DNA from: Acidobacteriota bacterium
GTDB taxonomy: Bacteria > Acidobacteriota > UBA890 > WLXD01
Reading direction: 5' to 3'
DNA: 64,000 bases
Assembly (NCBI GenBank): GCA_963666055.2
Contig: CAXWPH010000007.1
Location: 32,001 to 96,000, forward strand
Position numbers and translations under genes: made by a program
The notes under the pieces: model-generated
Databases searched by the model: none
Told to the model about the DNA's origin: nothing
What the model saw: only the letters and a program-made list of their open reading frames with translations
Shown: piece by piece, positions 29,600-43,532 of the stretch
Layout: every line of letters starts with the position of its first letter
Numbering within the stretch: position 1 is the first letter of the stretch

Positions 29600-31156
29600 G
29601 TGAACCAGGCATGGGAAACGCGTTCCGCGCCAGTCGCGGCCCTGCTGCTCGTTGTCATTTTGTCGGCTTGTGGCTCGGGCTCCGAGACGCCCGCCCCTTT
29701 GTCGTGCCCCGATTTGGTCGAGTGGGTCGGTGCCGGCATCGCTGTCACCAGCGTCGAGGACAGCCCATCTACGGACAACCTTCCACCGCATTGTAAAGTC
29801 GCGGGTACGATCGACGGCTCGATTCAGTTCGAGCTCCTCTTGCCGGCGGCCGAGGATTGGAACGAGCGTTTCGTAATGGGCGGTGGCGGCGGCTTCGTTG
29901 GCTCGATTCAGAACTCGGCACTCGCACCGTCCCCGGGTGGCAATGCCCTCGAACGAGGCTTCGCCACCGTCGGTACAGACACCGGCCACACCGGCACGGG
30001 GATCGACGGCAGCTGGGCCCTCGACAACGATGAGGCCGAGATCGACTTCGCCCACCGCGCGGTGCACCGCACGACCGAAGTGGCCAAAGAGATCATCGAG
30101 GGCTACTACGCTCGATCGATCGAGTACTCCTACTTCATCGGCTGCTCTCGCGGCGGCGGCCAGGCGATGATCGAGGCGCAGCGTTATCCGGTCGACTATG
30201 ACGGCATCGTCGCGATGGCGCCGGCGTTCAGCTGGCCGCGGCTCGCCACCGGATTCCTGCAGAACGAGCAACGCATCTACCCGGACCCGGAAGACCTGTC
30301 GGAGCCCGTCATCACGGCAGAGAATCGCGCCCTGCTGGAGCGAGAGATCCTGAGCCGATGCGACGCATCGGATGGCGTCGAGGATGGGCTGCTCACCGAT
30401 CCACGCACCTGCAACTTCGATCCCGCCGAGCTCGAATGTTCGGCAGAGCCCACCTCCTCGTGCCTCACAACGGAGCAACTCGAGGCGGTGCAGATGGTCT
30501 ATTCGGGGCCGGTCGTCGAAGGTCGCAAGGTCTTCGCGGGCTTTCCGTTTGGCGGCGAGAACGATGCGGGCGGATGGGACGCCTGGATCACCGGAGGCCA
30601 GGATGCTTCCGTCTCCGGAGTTCCGAACCTGCACTGGGCCTTCGGCACCGAGATATTCAAGTACCTGATCTTCGACGATCCGGAGTTCGACTACAGCCGC
30701 TACGACTTCGCAAACTGGGACGAGGACATTGCGGCCGCCGACCAGCTCTTGAGCGCCACCGACACGGATCTGAGCGGACTGCGCGATGCGGGCGGCAAGC
30801 TGCTCTTCTGGCACGGATGGTCGGACCCGGCGCTGACCGCTCTCGGCATGATCGACTACTACGAGTCTGTCGAAGCCGACGATCCGGAGGTGAGGGACTA
30901 CTCCCGTCTGTTTCTCGCGCCCGGCGTCCTTCACTGCGCCGGCGGGCCTGGCCCTGATCGAGTCGACTTTCTCTCAGCGATCAGCGCCTGGGTCGAGGAA
31001 GACCAGGCACCAGACCAGCTACTGGCTCAGAAGCTCGACGACGAAGGCCGGGTAACCCTGTCGCGACCTCTGTGTCCCTATCCGCAGATCGCTGTGTACA
31101 GCGGCACGGGGGACACCAGCGAAGCCGCGAGCTTTAGTTGCCAGGCGCCGCAATAG
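29600..31156 (+). CDS. Tannase/feruloyl esterase family lipoprotein
   Basis: Lipobox LSAC; GGGGGFVG, TDTGH, GCSRGG, HGWSD, PGVLHCAGGPG, RPLCPYP. Confidence 0.93.
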   Translation: MNQAWETRSAPVAALLLVVILSACGSGSETPAPLSCPDLVEWVGAGIAVTSVEDSPSTDNLPPHCKVAGTIDGSIQFELLLPAAEDWNERFVMGGGGGFVGSIQNSALAPSPGGNALERGFATVGTDTGHTGTGIDGSWALDNDEAEIDFAHRAVHRTTEVAKEIIEGYYARSIEYSYFIGCSRGGGQAMIEAQRYPVDYDGIVAMAPAFSWPRLATGFLQNEQRIYPDPEDLSEPVITAENRALLEREILSRCDASDGVEDGLLTDPRTCNFDPAELECSAEPTSSCLTTEQLEAVQMVYSGPVVEGRKVFAGFPFGGENDAGGWDAWITGGQDASVSGVPNLHWAFGTEIFKYLIFDDPEFDYSRYDFANWDEDIAAADQLLSATDTDLSGLRDAGGKLLFWHGWSDPALTALGMIDYYESVEADDPEVRDYSRLFLAPGVLHCAGGPGPDRVDFLSAISAWVEEDQAPDQLLAQKLDDEGRVTLSRPLCPYPQIAVYSGTGDTSEAASFSCQAPQ

Positions 31157-31232
31157 ACAGACGTACCGTTTCTGTCAACCACGCGCAACGCTGAGATCGC
31201 CCGCAACTGCCCATCTGTCCGCAGGATGGCGG

Positions 31233-31874
31233 CTACTCCTCGATCAGCACGGCGCGCGCCGGTGCGCCGTCGCTGCCAACGATCTTCAGCGGCAGACACA
31301 CGAGCCGGTACCGACCCGCCCCGACGCCCGATAGATCCAGTCCCTCTACGATCACAACACTGGATCGGAGCAGGATTTCATGCGTATCGGGTGGATCGTC
31401 GAAACGCTGAACCGAGAGGTAGTCGACACCGATGAGGCGAATGCCTCTATCCACCACCCCGCGGGCGGCATCGGCGTCCAACGCCACGTAGTCGCGCTTG
31501 AAGTCAGCTCGGGCGTCTTGCCATGACTCCGAGTTCTTCGTTCGCAGTAACAAGCGCTCCGTCTTCGGGGCCACGCCCGCCGCGACGAGCACCTCCGGGG
31601 TAACGACGCCGGCGTCGCCCAGATCTACGACCGTCGCAGGACCGATGAGGGTGGACAGATCGAGTGCCTCGACAGTGCTGCCCTCGTCAACGAAATGCCA
31701 GGGCGCATCGACGTGAGTCGCAGCGTGCGCGCTCATGCGAATGCTCGTCACGTTGCACTCGTCACCGGCGGAGATGCGCATCTCGCTACGCATCTCGAAA
31801 TCCGCGTCGCCCGGCCATGTGGTCACGCCCGGTTGCAGCGGTATCGAGACGTCGTGGATGACAGGTACACGCAT
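31233..31874 (-). CDS. Cyclase family protein (kynurenine formamidase-like)
   Basis: WPGD, HAATHVDAPWHF, IGVDYLSV, IVEGLDL, DGAPARAVL. Confidence 0.92.
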   Translation of the reverse strand: MRVPVIHDVSIPLQPGVTTWPGDADFEMRSEMRISAGDECNVTSIRMSAHAATHVDAPWHFVDEGSTVEALDLSTLIGPATVVDLGDAGVVTPEVLVAAGVAPKTERLLLRTKNSESWQDARADFKRDYVALDADAARGVVDRGIRLIGVDYLSVQRFDDPPDTHEILLRSSVVIVEGLDLSGVGAGRYRLVCLPLKIVGSDGAPARAVLIEE

Positions 31875-32085
31875 GATCGTCGAAGGCTCCTGCTGGTTTG
31901 GTCGGCCTCGGGACGGGGATCGTCGGCGACATTGTAGTCACCCAGAATCGCCCCAGCGATGGTACCCAGACAGCTCACCAGATAGCCTGCCAGCCCGGCG
32001 AAGCTCGAAAGGCTCCCTCGGTTGGATCTCCTACGTTCTAGCGATACGCTTCACGAGCCCCGATTCCTCCATCTCTCGCGGCTCC

Positions 32086-33714
32086 ATGGAACCTCGATTC
32101 GAGCGCCACTCCCTCAGCTCTCTGACACCGCGACTGCTCGTGTGTCTGCTCGCAGGATTGGGCGTGGGATGTGGGACAGTCGCAGACAGTCCGCGCCGGC
32201 CCGACCCCACCGGAAGCGACAGCCTGCCGACTGCCCTCTGGGTCGACGCGACCGAACAGCTCTTGCCTGAAACCGCGGAATGGACCAACCGTGTGGAGCT
32301 CGCGGATATCGACGGCGACGGACGCGTCGATCTGCTGTTCGCCAATGGCGGCAATTATTCGGAACCGGGACAAGCAGAACCGAATCGCGTGTTTCTCAAT
32401 CGCGGTCCCGGGCAACGGTTCGAGGAGGCCACGGAGAGCGTGTTCGGCGCCGGCGGCGACTTTGCGCGGGTGATCAAGGTTCGCGACGTTAGGGGCGACG
32501 GCATTGTCGACATCCTGGTCGGGACCACCTTCCAGACCCAGAGCCGCCTGTATCTCGGCGGCGGTCAGGGAACGTTCCAGGAGGTCACCACTACCCACTT
32601 GCCGCAGCGCCCAGCGAGCGTCGGCGACCTCGAGCTCGGTGATGTGGACGGCGACGGCGACCTCGACGTCGTCTTGGCCGATTGGGGCCCCGGCAACAAC
32701 ATGGACAACCTCGGCGGCCGCACCCGGCTGTGGCTCAACGACGGCGCAGGTCACTTCACGGACGTTACCGCTGCCCGCATGCCTGAGACCCTGGTGGCCT
32801 TCTCTTGGGACCTGGAGCTCCTGGACTTCGACAATGACTTCGATCTCGACATCGCCGTATCGTGCAAGCGTTGCTACGGCGGCAGCCTCTTCGTGAATGA
32901 CGGGACGGGTACCTTCGAAGAGGACCTCGTTGGCTTACCCAGACACTCGAACAACTACGAGTTCGAGCCCATGGACATCGACGGCGACGGTTTCCTCGAC
33001 CTGATCACGATCAACGATGGAGAGATCGTCGGCCAAGTGAACATGATGCGCCGTCAACACGTTTTCCGTAACGACGCCGGCAGGGCGTATGCGGATGCCA
33101 CGGAGACGCTTTGGCCGGACAGCGAGAATGTCGGCGAAGACGACAACAGCGCAGTATTTCTCGACTACGACTCCGACGGCGATGCCGATTTCGTCGTCGG
33201 ATCGCTGACCGGCGCCGACCGCCTGCTGATCAACGACGGGTCTGGTCGTTTCACGATGGCCCAGGAGGTCTTCTCCGGTCCCGAGACAGCCGGCACGCTG
33301 TCGCTTCTGATGGCCGATCTCGACGGCGATGATCGTCTCGACGTCGTCCACGGGCAGGGCGAAAATCCGGCTGCGGTCGAGGAGAAGATCTTTCTCGGCA
33401 GCGGCCTCGAGCCGGATACCGCGGCACCGTTCATCGGGGACCTGCACAGCGAGCTGCGACAGGACGGGGCTCTCCGAGTCCGCGCCCGTATCCACGACCG
33501 AAAGAGCCCGACGATGCCACACGACTGGCAGTCCGTAACACTCCGCTGGGTCGAGTCGGGGACCGACAGGGAGGTCCCGATGACCTGGTACGGCGAGTAC
33601 TTGTGGTTCGGCGACGTACCCGCGCAGACTCTACCCGGCGCCTCCTATCGTGTTTGCGCAATCGATGCGGCAGGCAATCAGGCCTGCTCGGAGCCCGGAT
33701 CTGCCGACGAATAG
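32086..33714 (+). CDS. FG-GAP/VCBS-repeat beta-propeller protein, probably a lipoprotein
   Basis: Repeated DxDGDGxxD motifs; hydrophobic N-terminus ending GVGC. Confidence 0.85.
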   Translation: MEPRFERHSLSSLTPRLLVCLLAGLGVGCGTVADSPRRPDPTGSDSLPTALWVDATEQLLPETAEWTNRVELADIDGDGRVDLLFANGGNYSEPGQAEPNRVFLNRGPGQRFEEATESVFGAGGDFARVIKVRDVRGDGIVDILVGTTFQTQSRLYLGGGQGTFQEVTTTHLPQRPASVGDLELGDVDGDGDLDVVLADWGPGNNMDNLGGRTRLWLNDGAGHFTDVTAARMPETLVAFSWDLELLDFDNDFDLDIAVSCKRCYGGSLFVNDGTGTFEEDLVGLPRHSNNYEFEPMDIDGDGFLDLITINDGEIVGQVNMMRRQHVFRNDAGRAYADATETLWPDSENVGEDDNSAVFLDYDSDGDADFVVGSLTGADRLLINDGSGRFTMAQEVFSGPETAGTLSLLMADLDGDDRLDVVHGQGENPAAVEEKIFLGSGLEPDTAAPFIGDLHSELRQDGALRVRARIHDRKSPTMPHDWQSVTLRWVESGTDREVPMTWYGEYLWFGDVPAQTLPGASYRVCAIDAAGNQACSEPGSADE

Positions 33715-33850
33715 CGCTGCGACGCCAGGCGATTCACGGCGAGGGGCGGGGTCGAAGCCCCCGGCTGCCAGGTGTCGCCAGCTGCCCGGCGGGCGCTCCC
33801 CTACCCTTGTAGAATGCGGACGGATCCCCAGGAATCGACTCGGCGGCACG

Positions 33851-35041
33851 ATGGCCATCCCCCCATCTCGAGAAACGCACGGCGAAACGTTTCCGGGCGC
33901 GTTTGATCCGCGCCTGTTCACCCCCGGCCCGCTGACCACATCGCTGGCGGTAAAGCTTGCGATGTGTCACGACATCGGCGCGTGGGATGCACCGCTGCGG
34001 ACGCTGGTCAAAGAGATACGCGAAGGCATATTCGAAGTGGCCGACGGCACCGCTGCCGACGGTTGGGAATGCGTCTTGATGCAGGGGAGCGGCACGTTCG
34101 GCGTGGAAGCGGCGGTCGGCTCCCTGATTCCCCGTGAAGGCAGCTTCGCTGTCGTCTCCAACGGCGCCTACGGCGAGCGCATGATCACGATCGCCCGGAT
34201 GCTCGGCATCGATGTCGTGCCGATCCGTTTCGCCGAGAATGAGCCGGCCAGTGCGGAGGCCGTCGCCGACATACTTGCGACCGATTCGAATATCCACACC
34301 GTCGGCATTGTTCACTGCGAAACGACAACGGGGTTGCACAACGATATTGAACCGATCGGACATGTGATTCGCGACGCTGGACGACGATTCCTCGTCGACG
34401 CGATGAGCACCTTCGGGGCGTATCCCATCGACATGCGCAGCATCGGCATCGATACGCTGATCTCCGGCTCGAACAAGAGCATCGAGGGAGTCCCCGGGTT
34501 CAGCTTCATCCTTGCGCGGGGTGATCTGCTCCGGGAGGCGGGAGAGGGCGCCTGGGCACGCAGCCACTCCATGGACCTCTATGACCAGTGGCGCGGCTTC
34601 GAAAGCGGCGGGAAATTTCGCTTCACCCCACCGAATCAGGTGTTATTGGCGTTCCGACAAGCGTTGCGCGAGTTCTTCGCCGAAGGGGGCGTCGCTGCTC
34701 GGCGAGCCCGATACATGGCAAACCACCGCACGCTCCTCGAGGGCATGGATCGACTCGGCTTCGTCCCCTTTCTCGAGCGCCAAGCGATGAGCCACATCAT
34801 CACCACGTACCACTGCCCCGATGATCCGAGCTACGACTTCCAGACGTTCTACGACAAGCTCTCCGATCGCAGCATGGTGATCTATCCCGGCAAGGTAACC
34901 GGGGCGTCGTGCTTCCGCATCGGCAACATAGGCCGCCTTTATCCGTACGACATGGAGGCGCTGCTGTTGGCGATCGACAGCGTTGTGCAGGAGATGGGGT
35001 TCGACCCGCATAGAGTCGAGCGGGCCGTAGTCAGCCAATAA
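33851..35041 (+). CDS. phnW: 2-aminoethylphosphonate--pyruvate transaminase
   Basis: LFTPGPLTTS, QGSGTFGVE, NGAYGERM, VHCETTTG, DAMSTFG, SNKSIEGVPG, FRFTPP, IYPGK, FRIGNIG. Confidence 0.92.
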   Translation: MAIPPSRETHGETFPGAFDPRLFTPGPLTTSLAVKLAMCHDIGAWDAPLRTLVKEIREGIFEVADGTAADGWECVLMQGSGTFGVEAAVGSLIPREGSFAVVSNGAYGERMITIARMLGIDVVPIRFAENEPASAEAVADILATDSNIHTVGIVHCETTTGLHNDIEPIGHVIRDAGRRFLVDAMSTFGAYPIDMRSIGIDTLISGSNKSIEGVPGFSFILARGDLLREAGEGAWARSHSMDLYDQWRGFESGGKFRFTPPNQVLLAFRQALREFFAEGGVAARRARYMANHRTLLEGMDRLGFVPFLERQAMSHIITTYHCPDDPSYDFQTFYDKLSDRSMVIYPGKVTGASCFRIGNIGRLYPYDMEALLLAIDSVVQEMGFDPHRVERAVVSQ

Positions 35042-35162
35042 CCTGGTGGGCGGCCGTGGGCGATATCGTCGTCGCCCCGCTAGCGGCTGACCACGATCCG
35101 TTGCCGCGTGCCTCGAAGGGGCGAACACGCAGCGATACGGTACCTCGCTCTCGGAGCGCTCC

Positions 35163-36496
35163 ATGCTGGATCAGAACGCCAGGTCAGCGGTGTCATCGCC
35201 GATCCCAGCCCTGACCGCGTGGATCGATCGCCAACCCGAGTTTGTTCTCACCATCTACGCGATGACCGCTGCGTTCGCCGGCTACATGAGCATGTACGCT
35301 TTCCGCCGGCCCTTCACCGCGACGGGCTACGACACGGTCGAGCCGATCACGCTGCTCGGGGTTGCCTTCGGCTACAAGCCCATCGCGGTGATCAGTCAGG
35401 TTGTCGGCTACACGTGCTCGAAGTTTCTCGGTATCAAGTTTGCTTCCGAGGCCCCTCTGGGCAGACGCGTACCGATCGTGATCGGGCTGATCTTCCTCGC
35501 CGAGGCGACGCTGGTTCTGTTCGGCATGACGCCGGCGCCGTACAACGTGCTCTTTCTCTTTCTCAACGGTCTGCCGTTGGGCATGGTTTGGGCGATGCTC
35601 TTTGGCACCTCGAGGGTCGTCGCGTCACCGAGTTCCTCGGACTAGGCATGAGCGTCAGCGTCATCTTCGCCTCCGGCTGGGCAAAGGGCGCCGGCCAGTG
35701 GACGATGGACGCGTGGCATGTCCCCGAGTTCTGGATGCCGGCCGTCACCGGCATGCTGTTTGTCCCGCTCTTACTGCTGTCAATGTTCATGCTCTGGCAT
35801 GTACCACCGCCCACTGCCGCAGACATCGAACAGCGCTCCAAGCGAGCCCCTATGACGCGTGACGACCGCAGCGAATTCGTCCGCTCATTCTTCCCAGGCA
35901 TCGTGATGTTGATCTCGGGCTATCTGTGCCTCATGGCATATCGCAGTATCCGCGACGACTTCATGGACCGGATACAGCGCGACCTCGGGCACACGGTAAG
36001 CAGCTCCGACTTCGTATCGATAGAGAGCTATGTGGGCGTGACGGTGATCGCGGTTCTGTGTCTTCTTTGGTTCTTTCGCGATAACCGTCACGCGGTCTGG
36101 GCAAACCTGACGTTGGTCGGTCTCGGAGCCGTGTTGCTCGGCGCGTCAACGATCATGCTCAACATGAATTGGCTCGACCCGAAGACGTTTTATGTGCTCA
36201 ACGGCATTGGTCTCTATGTCGCTTTCGTTCCGTATCAGAGCATCTTGATGGATCGACTACTTGCTTCGCTTCGCACCGTTGCAACCGTCGCCTTCCTCAT
36301 CTCGCTTGGAGATTCGTTCGGTTATCTCAGCGTTGTGGCGACCTATCTGGGACGCGACATCTACCAGTCCTTGGCGCAGCAAGAGTTGCCCTGGGCCACA
36401 TTGCTGGAGTATGCAAGCTACGTCGTCATGGTTTTTGTGCCCCTCATGATGATTGGGTGCGCCGCTTACTTCCGGGGGCGAATGAGCGCGCGATGA
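35163..36496 (+). CDS. DUF5690-like membrane (MFS-type) protein; frameshift near 35607
   Basis: MYAFRRPF, SQVVGY..SKFLGIK, FLNGLPLGMVW, LEGRR, RSIRDDF, GLYVAFVPY; one base missing in FG(Y)LEGRR. Confidence 0.8.
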
Positions 36497-36503
36497 AGAC
36501 GCC

Positions 36504-37625
36504 TCAAGGCAGGGCGAGCGCGATAGGCTCGCCTGCCTGCGGATTGAAATCGCCGGGATCCAGTCCGAAGAACCTGAGAATCGTCGCGGCGATCTGCGTC
36601 TGCTGCAACGGGGCATGATCGCGCACGATCCCCTGGGCAGTCGTATCGGGTCCGATGATCGCGATCCAGATCTCCTCGGCCCCCGGAACGTCTTTGCCGT
36701 GTGAGGTCCAATCATCGGGCGTCCGACCGCGGCCGTGGTCCGTTGTGATCACCAGGGTCGTCTTATCGCGATATACGTCCATCGACTGCAGCAGCTCCCA
36801 TAGCAACCGCAGCGTCTCATCGAAGTTCCGGATCGCTTCGACGGTACGGTCATAACGTCGCCCGTGTGCCCACTCGTCGGTCTCATCGAGCGCCAGATAC
36901 AGAAAGCGCGGCTGGAACTCCTCCAGATAGGCGAACGCCAGGCCTTCGGTAAAAGCGTTCTGCCGCACCGAGCCCCAGGGAGACAGCGTTCTTTCCTCTA
37001 GCGATACGAGGCGACGAATCTCCTCGTTTTGTATGCCCTCGGGGAATGGTCCGCCGGCGTTGACGGTAATGGACCCCGGCTCGTGCTCGACGATATAGGG
37101 GAAGTGATTCCATGAAGTGAGCGCCGCGACTCCGGTCGCCTCCAGCTCGAGCTCTCGGCGGACGAACTCGAGCACGGTCTCCCGGGGAATCTGAATCGGG
37201 ATGTTGCCGGTCACATCGGGTTGCACTTGACCCGTGAGGATCTCCGCATAGCAGGGGTACGAGACACGATGAGGGTTGGTCACCGAGACCTTGCTCCCGT
37301 CAGCTCGGCTCCCGAGAACGATTCCCTGAGGTGCAAGCGTGGTCCAGAAGAATGGCATCAGCCGCTCGCGCCGGCTCCGCGCCGACTCATCCCAGAATCT
37401 TGCAGCAAGAGCCTCGGGATCTTCGACTCCACTCTTCTGACCGCCGTCGAGCAGAGCGCGGTCCAGTCCGGCGAAGAGCTCCTGGTGACGCAGACCGTCC
37501 ACAGTGATCAGAACGACGTTCCGTGTTCGGAGCATCGTTTGCCCGCGGCCGGCGTTCGGAAGAAGCAGAGCGGCGGCGACCACCGAGCAGCCACCGACAA
37601 TCAAACCCCAGTTCAGCTTTCTCAT
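36504..37625 (-). CDS. Secreted alkaline-phosphatase-superfamily metalloenzyme
   Basis: VVLITVDGLR, SYPCYAEILTG, DETDEWAH, TTDHGRG, WTSHG. Confidence 0.85.
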   Translation of the reverse strand: MRKLNWGLIVGGCSVVAAALLLPNAGRGQTMLRTRNVVLITVDGLRHQELFAGLDRALLDGGQKSGVEDPEALAARFWDESARSRRERLMPFFWTTLAPQGIVLGSRADGSKVSVTNPHRVSYPCYAEILTGQVQPDVTGNIPIQIPRETVLEFVRRELELEATGVAALTSWNHFPYIVEHEPGSITVNAGGPFPEGIQNEEIRRLVSLEERTLSPWGSVRQNAFTEGLAFAYLEEFQPRFLYLALDETDEWAHGRRYDRTVEAIRNFDETLRLLWELLQSMDVYRDKTTLVITTDHGRGRTPDDWTSHGKDVPGAEEIWIAIIGPDTTAQGIVRDHAPLQQTQIAATILRFFGLDPGDFNPQAGEPIALALP

Positions 37626-37902
37626 CGCATCCTATCGTCCGTCTTGGAGGGGCCCACCTCGCCGCGGTTGCCGAAGGCGGCGTGATTGTCGGGTGGGCCG
37701 AGGCTAGCCGACTCGGCGCGGAATCGCCACGCCGCCCCTGCTGAGTTGTCGCGGCACCTCCCGTCCAGTCAAAGCCAGGGCAGGGCAGGGCAGCGAAAAG
37801 GCATGCATGGCACCACGCGACGGCGGTAGCGTGTTCTCGTACGAAGATGTGGGCAGCCTCTCCTGGCTGCTCCCCCTGCCGCCCTGGAAAGGACCACCGT
37901 GG

Positions 37903-39691
37903 ATGCGTTCAGAGCTGGTTAGCATCGTTCTGCCGACATTCAACCGCGGCTACTGCCTAGGCGCCGCGATCGACAGTGTGCGCCTCCAGTCCCATCCTGA
38001 TTGGGAGCTTATCGTCGTCGACGATGGGTCGACCGACGGCACGGCGGACCTCATGTCGCGCTACGCCGACGACCACCGCATTCACTACATCCAGCGCTCC
38101 AACGGCGGCGTCTCGGCGATGGTTGCCGAAGAGCGCACCTCGCGTGGACGGCCCACGCAGTACGGTGACCAGCTGGGTTTTCTGCTGGCGCTCGACCTGA
38201 TCGACGCCGAGCTATCGAACGCGTCGATCAGCCTGATCCCGGCGAGCGGCGTTGGAGCGGACCTGTCGCCGTTGCGCTCGGAGCTGTTGCTTGCACAGAT
38301 CGACGACCTGCCGAATCGCGTCATGCCGCGGGCCGATTGGGCATACAGGGTGCTGACAGGATCGGCCGATTCGAGCGTGCGCTTCGAGACCCTGCCGTTG
38401 GAAACGCTGGCGATCGGGCTGCTGGACCCGTCAGGGTTGCCCTTCTTGCACTACGCCATACGAGCGCCCGCCGCGCGTCTGAACCTGCGCGTCGGCGAAG
38501 GGGCCAGCTACGTGACTTTCGACGTCAGCTCGTCGCTCCGGTCAGGCTCCCACGTATTGAGCAGCGAGCCAGCGAGCACCGTCGAGGCGGCACTCGACGC
38601 AACCGAGGCTCGCCAGCTCGCCCAGGGTACGCTGAGCTATCTCGACCGGATCCCCGCAGTTCCCCGGTGACTACGTGCTCGGGCTGATGGTCGAGAACAA
38701 CGTGACGCGCGAGTTCGCGCGTGACCAGCGACGCGTCGCCGTACCTTCGCCGTCGCCATCTACGCTGTCCGCAAGTCCGGCCATTCTGATAGCCGAGCAC
38801 CAAGACATGGGCTCCGATTACGACCGCTTCGGTGGCCACTACGCCTTCCAGATTGGTCGCAATTTCGTGCTGCCCGCGTTCGATGGACCTTTCCCGAGCG
38901 GCGGCACGCTGTGGGTCTTTCATCAGGTCTACGCGCCGGACGACAGCAACGAACCCCTCGCGGCCACGTACACCCTGCTCGATGCAGCCGGCGGCATCGC
39001 GGCCCGCAAGGCGACCACGTTGCCATTGCAAAGGAAGGATCGCTACGGCGTGCTCAACCAGCTCACAGCCTTACCGCTGGATGGCGTTGCCGCGGGCCGC
39101 TACAGCGTTCAAGTCGAGCTGGATATCGATGGTTGGCAGCAGGCGCCGATGCCAGTCCAGATCAGCGCCGCAAACAGGTACCTGCCGCCGCTAGCCCACG
39201 CAACCACCTTACCGCCCGCAACAGACCCGGGATCGCTGCTTACGCGAGCTCGGCAGCTGCGCATCAGTCAGCGGCCCGAGGAGGCGCTCGTGATGGCGCA
39301 GAGCGCGCTGCAACGCGACGCCGGGTCGGCCGACGGCATCATCCTGGTCGGTGAGCTGCTGACCGAGCTCGGGAGACTGCCGGAGCTCCGGGAGTTGCTC
39401 GAGCCGCGCCTGTCGGAAGCACCCAACGATCAGGCGTTGCTGCTGCAACTGGCTGAGGTGGCGGTCAGGCTCGGAGAGCATCGGGATGCGGTTCGCTACT
39501 ACGAACGTGCCCGTATCGGCGGCGCCGATGACACCGCGGAGCTTCTCAACTCGCTTGCTGCCGAGTACCTCGCCGACGGAGAGTCCGATCGTGCCCGGGA
39601 GCTCATCGAGCAATCGCTCACACTGCTGCCCGATCAACCGCGTATGCAAGACATGTTGCAGCGCCTGCAGCCCGGTCAGAGGAATCGCTGA
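37903..39691 (+). pseudogene. Chimera: GT2 glycosyltransferase N-terminus joined (~38118) to the middle and C-terminal part of a GWxTD-like/TPR protein; frameshift near 38655
   Basis: LVSIVLPTFNR..WELIVVDDGSTDGT..NGGVSA, then ELSNASISLIP..; next frame PGDYVLGLMVEN..YDRFGGHYAFQIG..TPR helices. Confidence 0.6.
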
Positions 39692-39848
39692 GCATTTCGG
39701 GCGCAGCTTATTCTCCCCACCGGGCGCGCGTGCGGGGCCGCGTAGGGCGGCCGTTTGGGCCGCCAACCCGATGCTACACTCGTGACAGCGCCGCGCCGTC
39801 GGAGCGCAGCAGCGGCGCGCTCGTTTTCCGCTGGCCCGGACCTTTCTG

Positions 39849-43523
<3,675 letters not shown>

Positions 43524-43532
43524 GGTGATTCT

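Noticed and set aside
32860-32880. CKRCY as a heme c attachment motif
   Set aside because: It is CxxCY, not CxxCH; more likely a disulfide in a propeller loop.
33705-33800. SAH-riboswitch-like string AGCGCTGCGAC..GCCAGGC upstream of phnW
   Set aside because: It lacks the GAGGAGCG/CTC P1 pairing and P2, overlaps the previous stop codon, and the downstream gene is atypical.
39692-39848. Cobalamin, SAM or SAH riboswitch upstream of metH
   Set aside because: No consensus motifs found; only a possible extended -10 TGCTACACT at 39772-39780, too weak to call.
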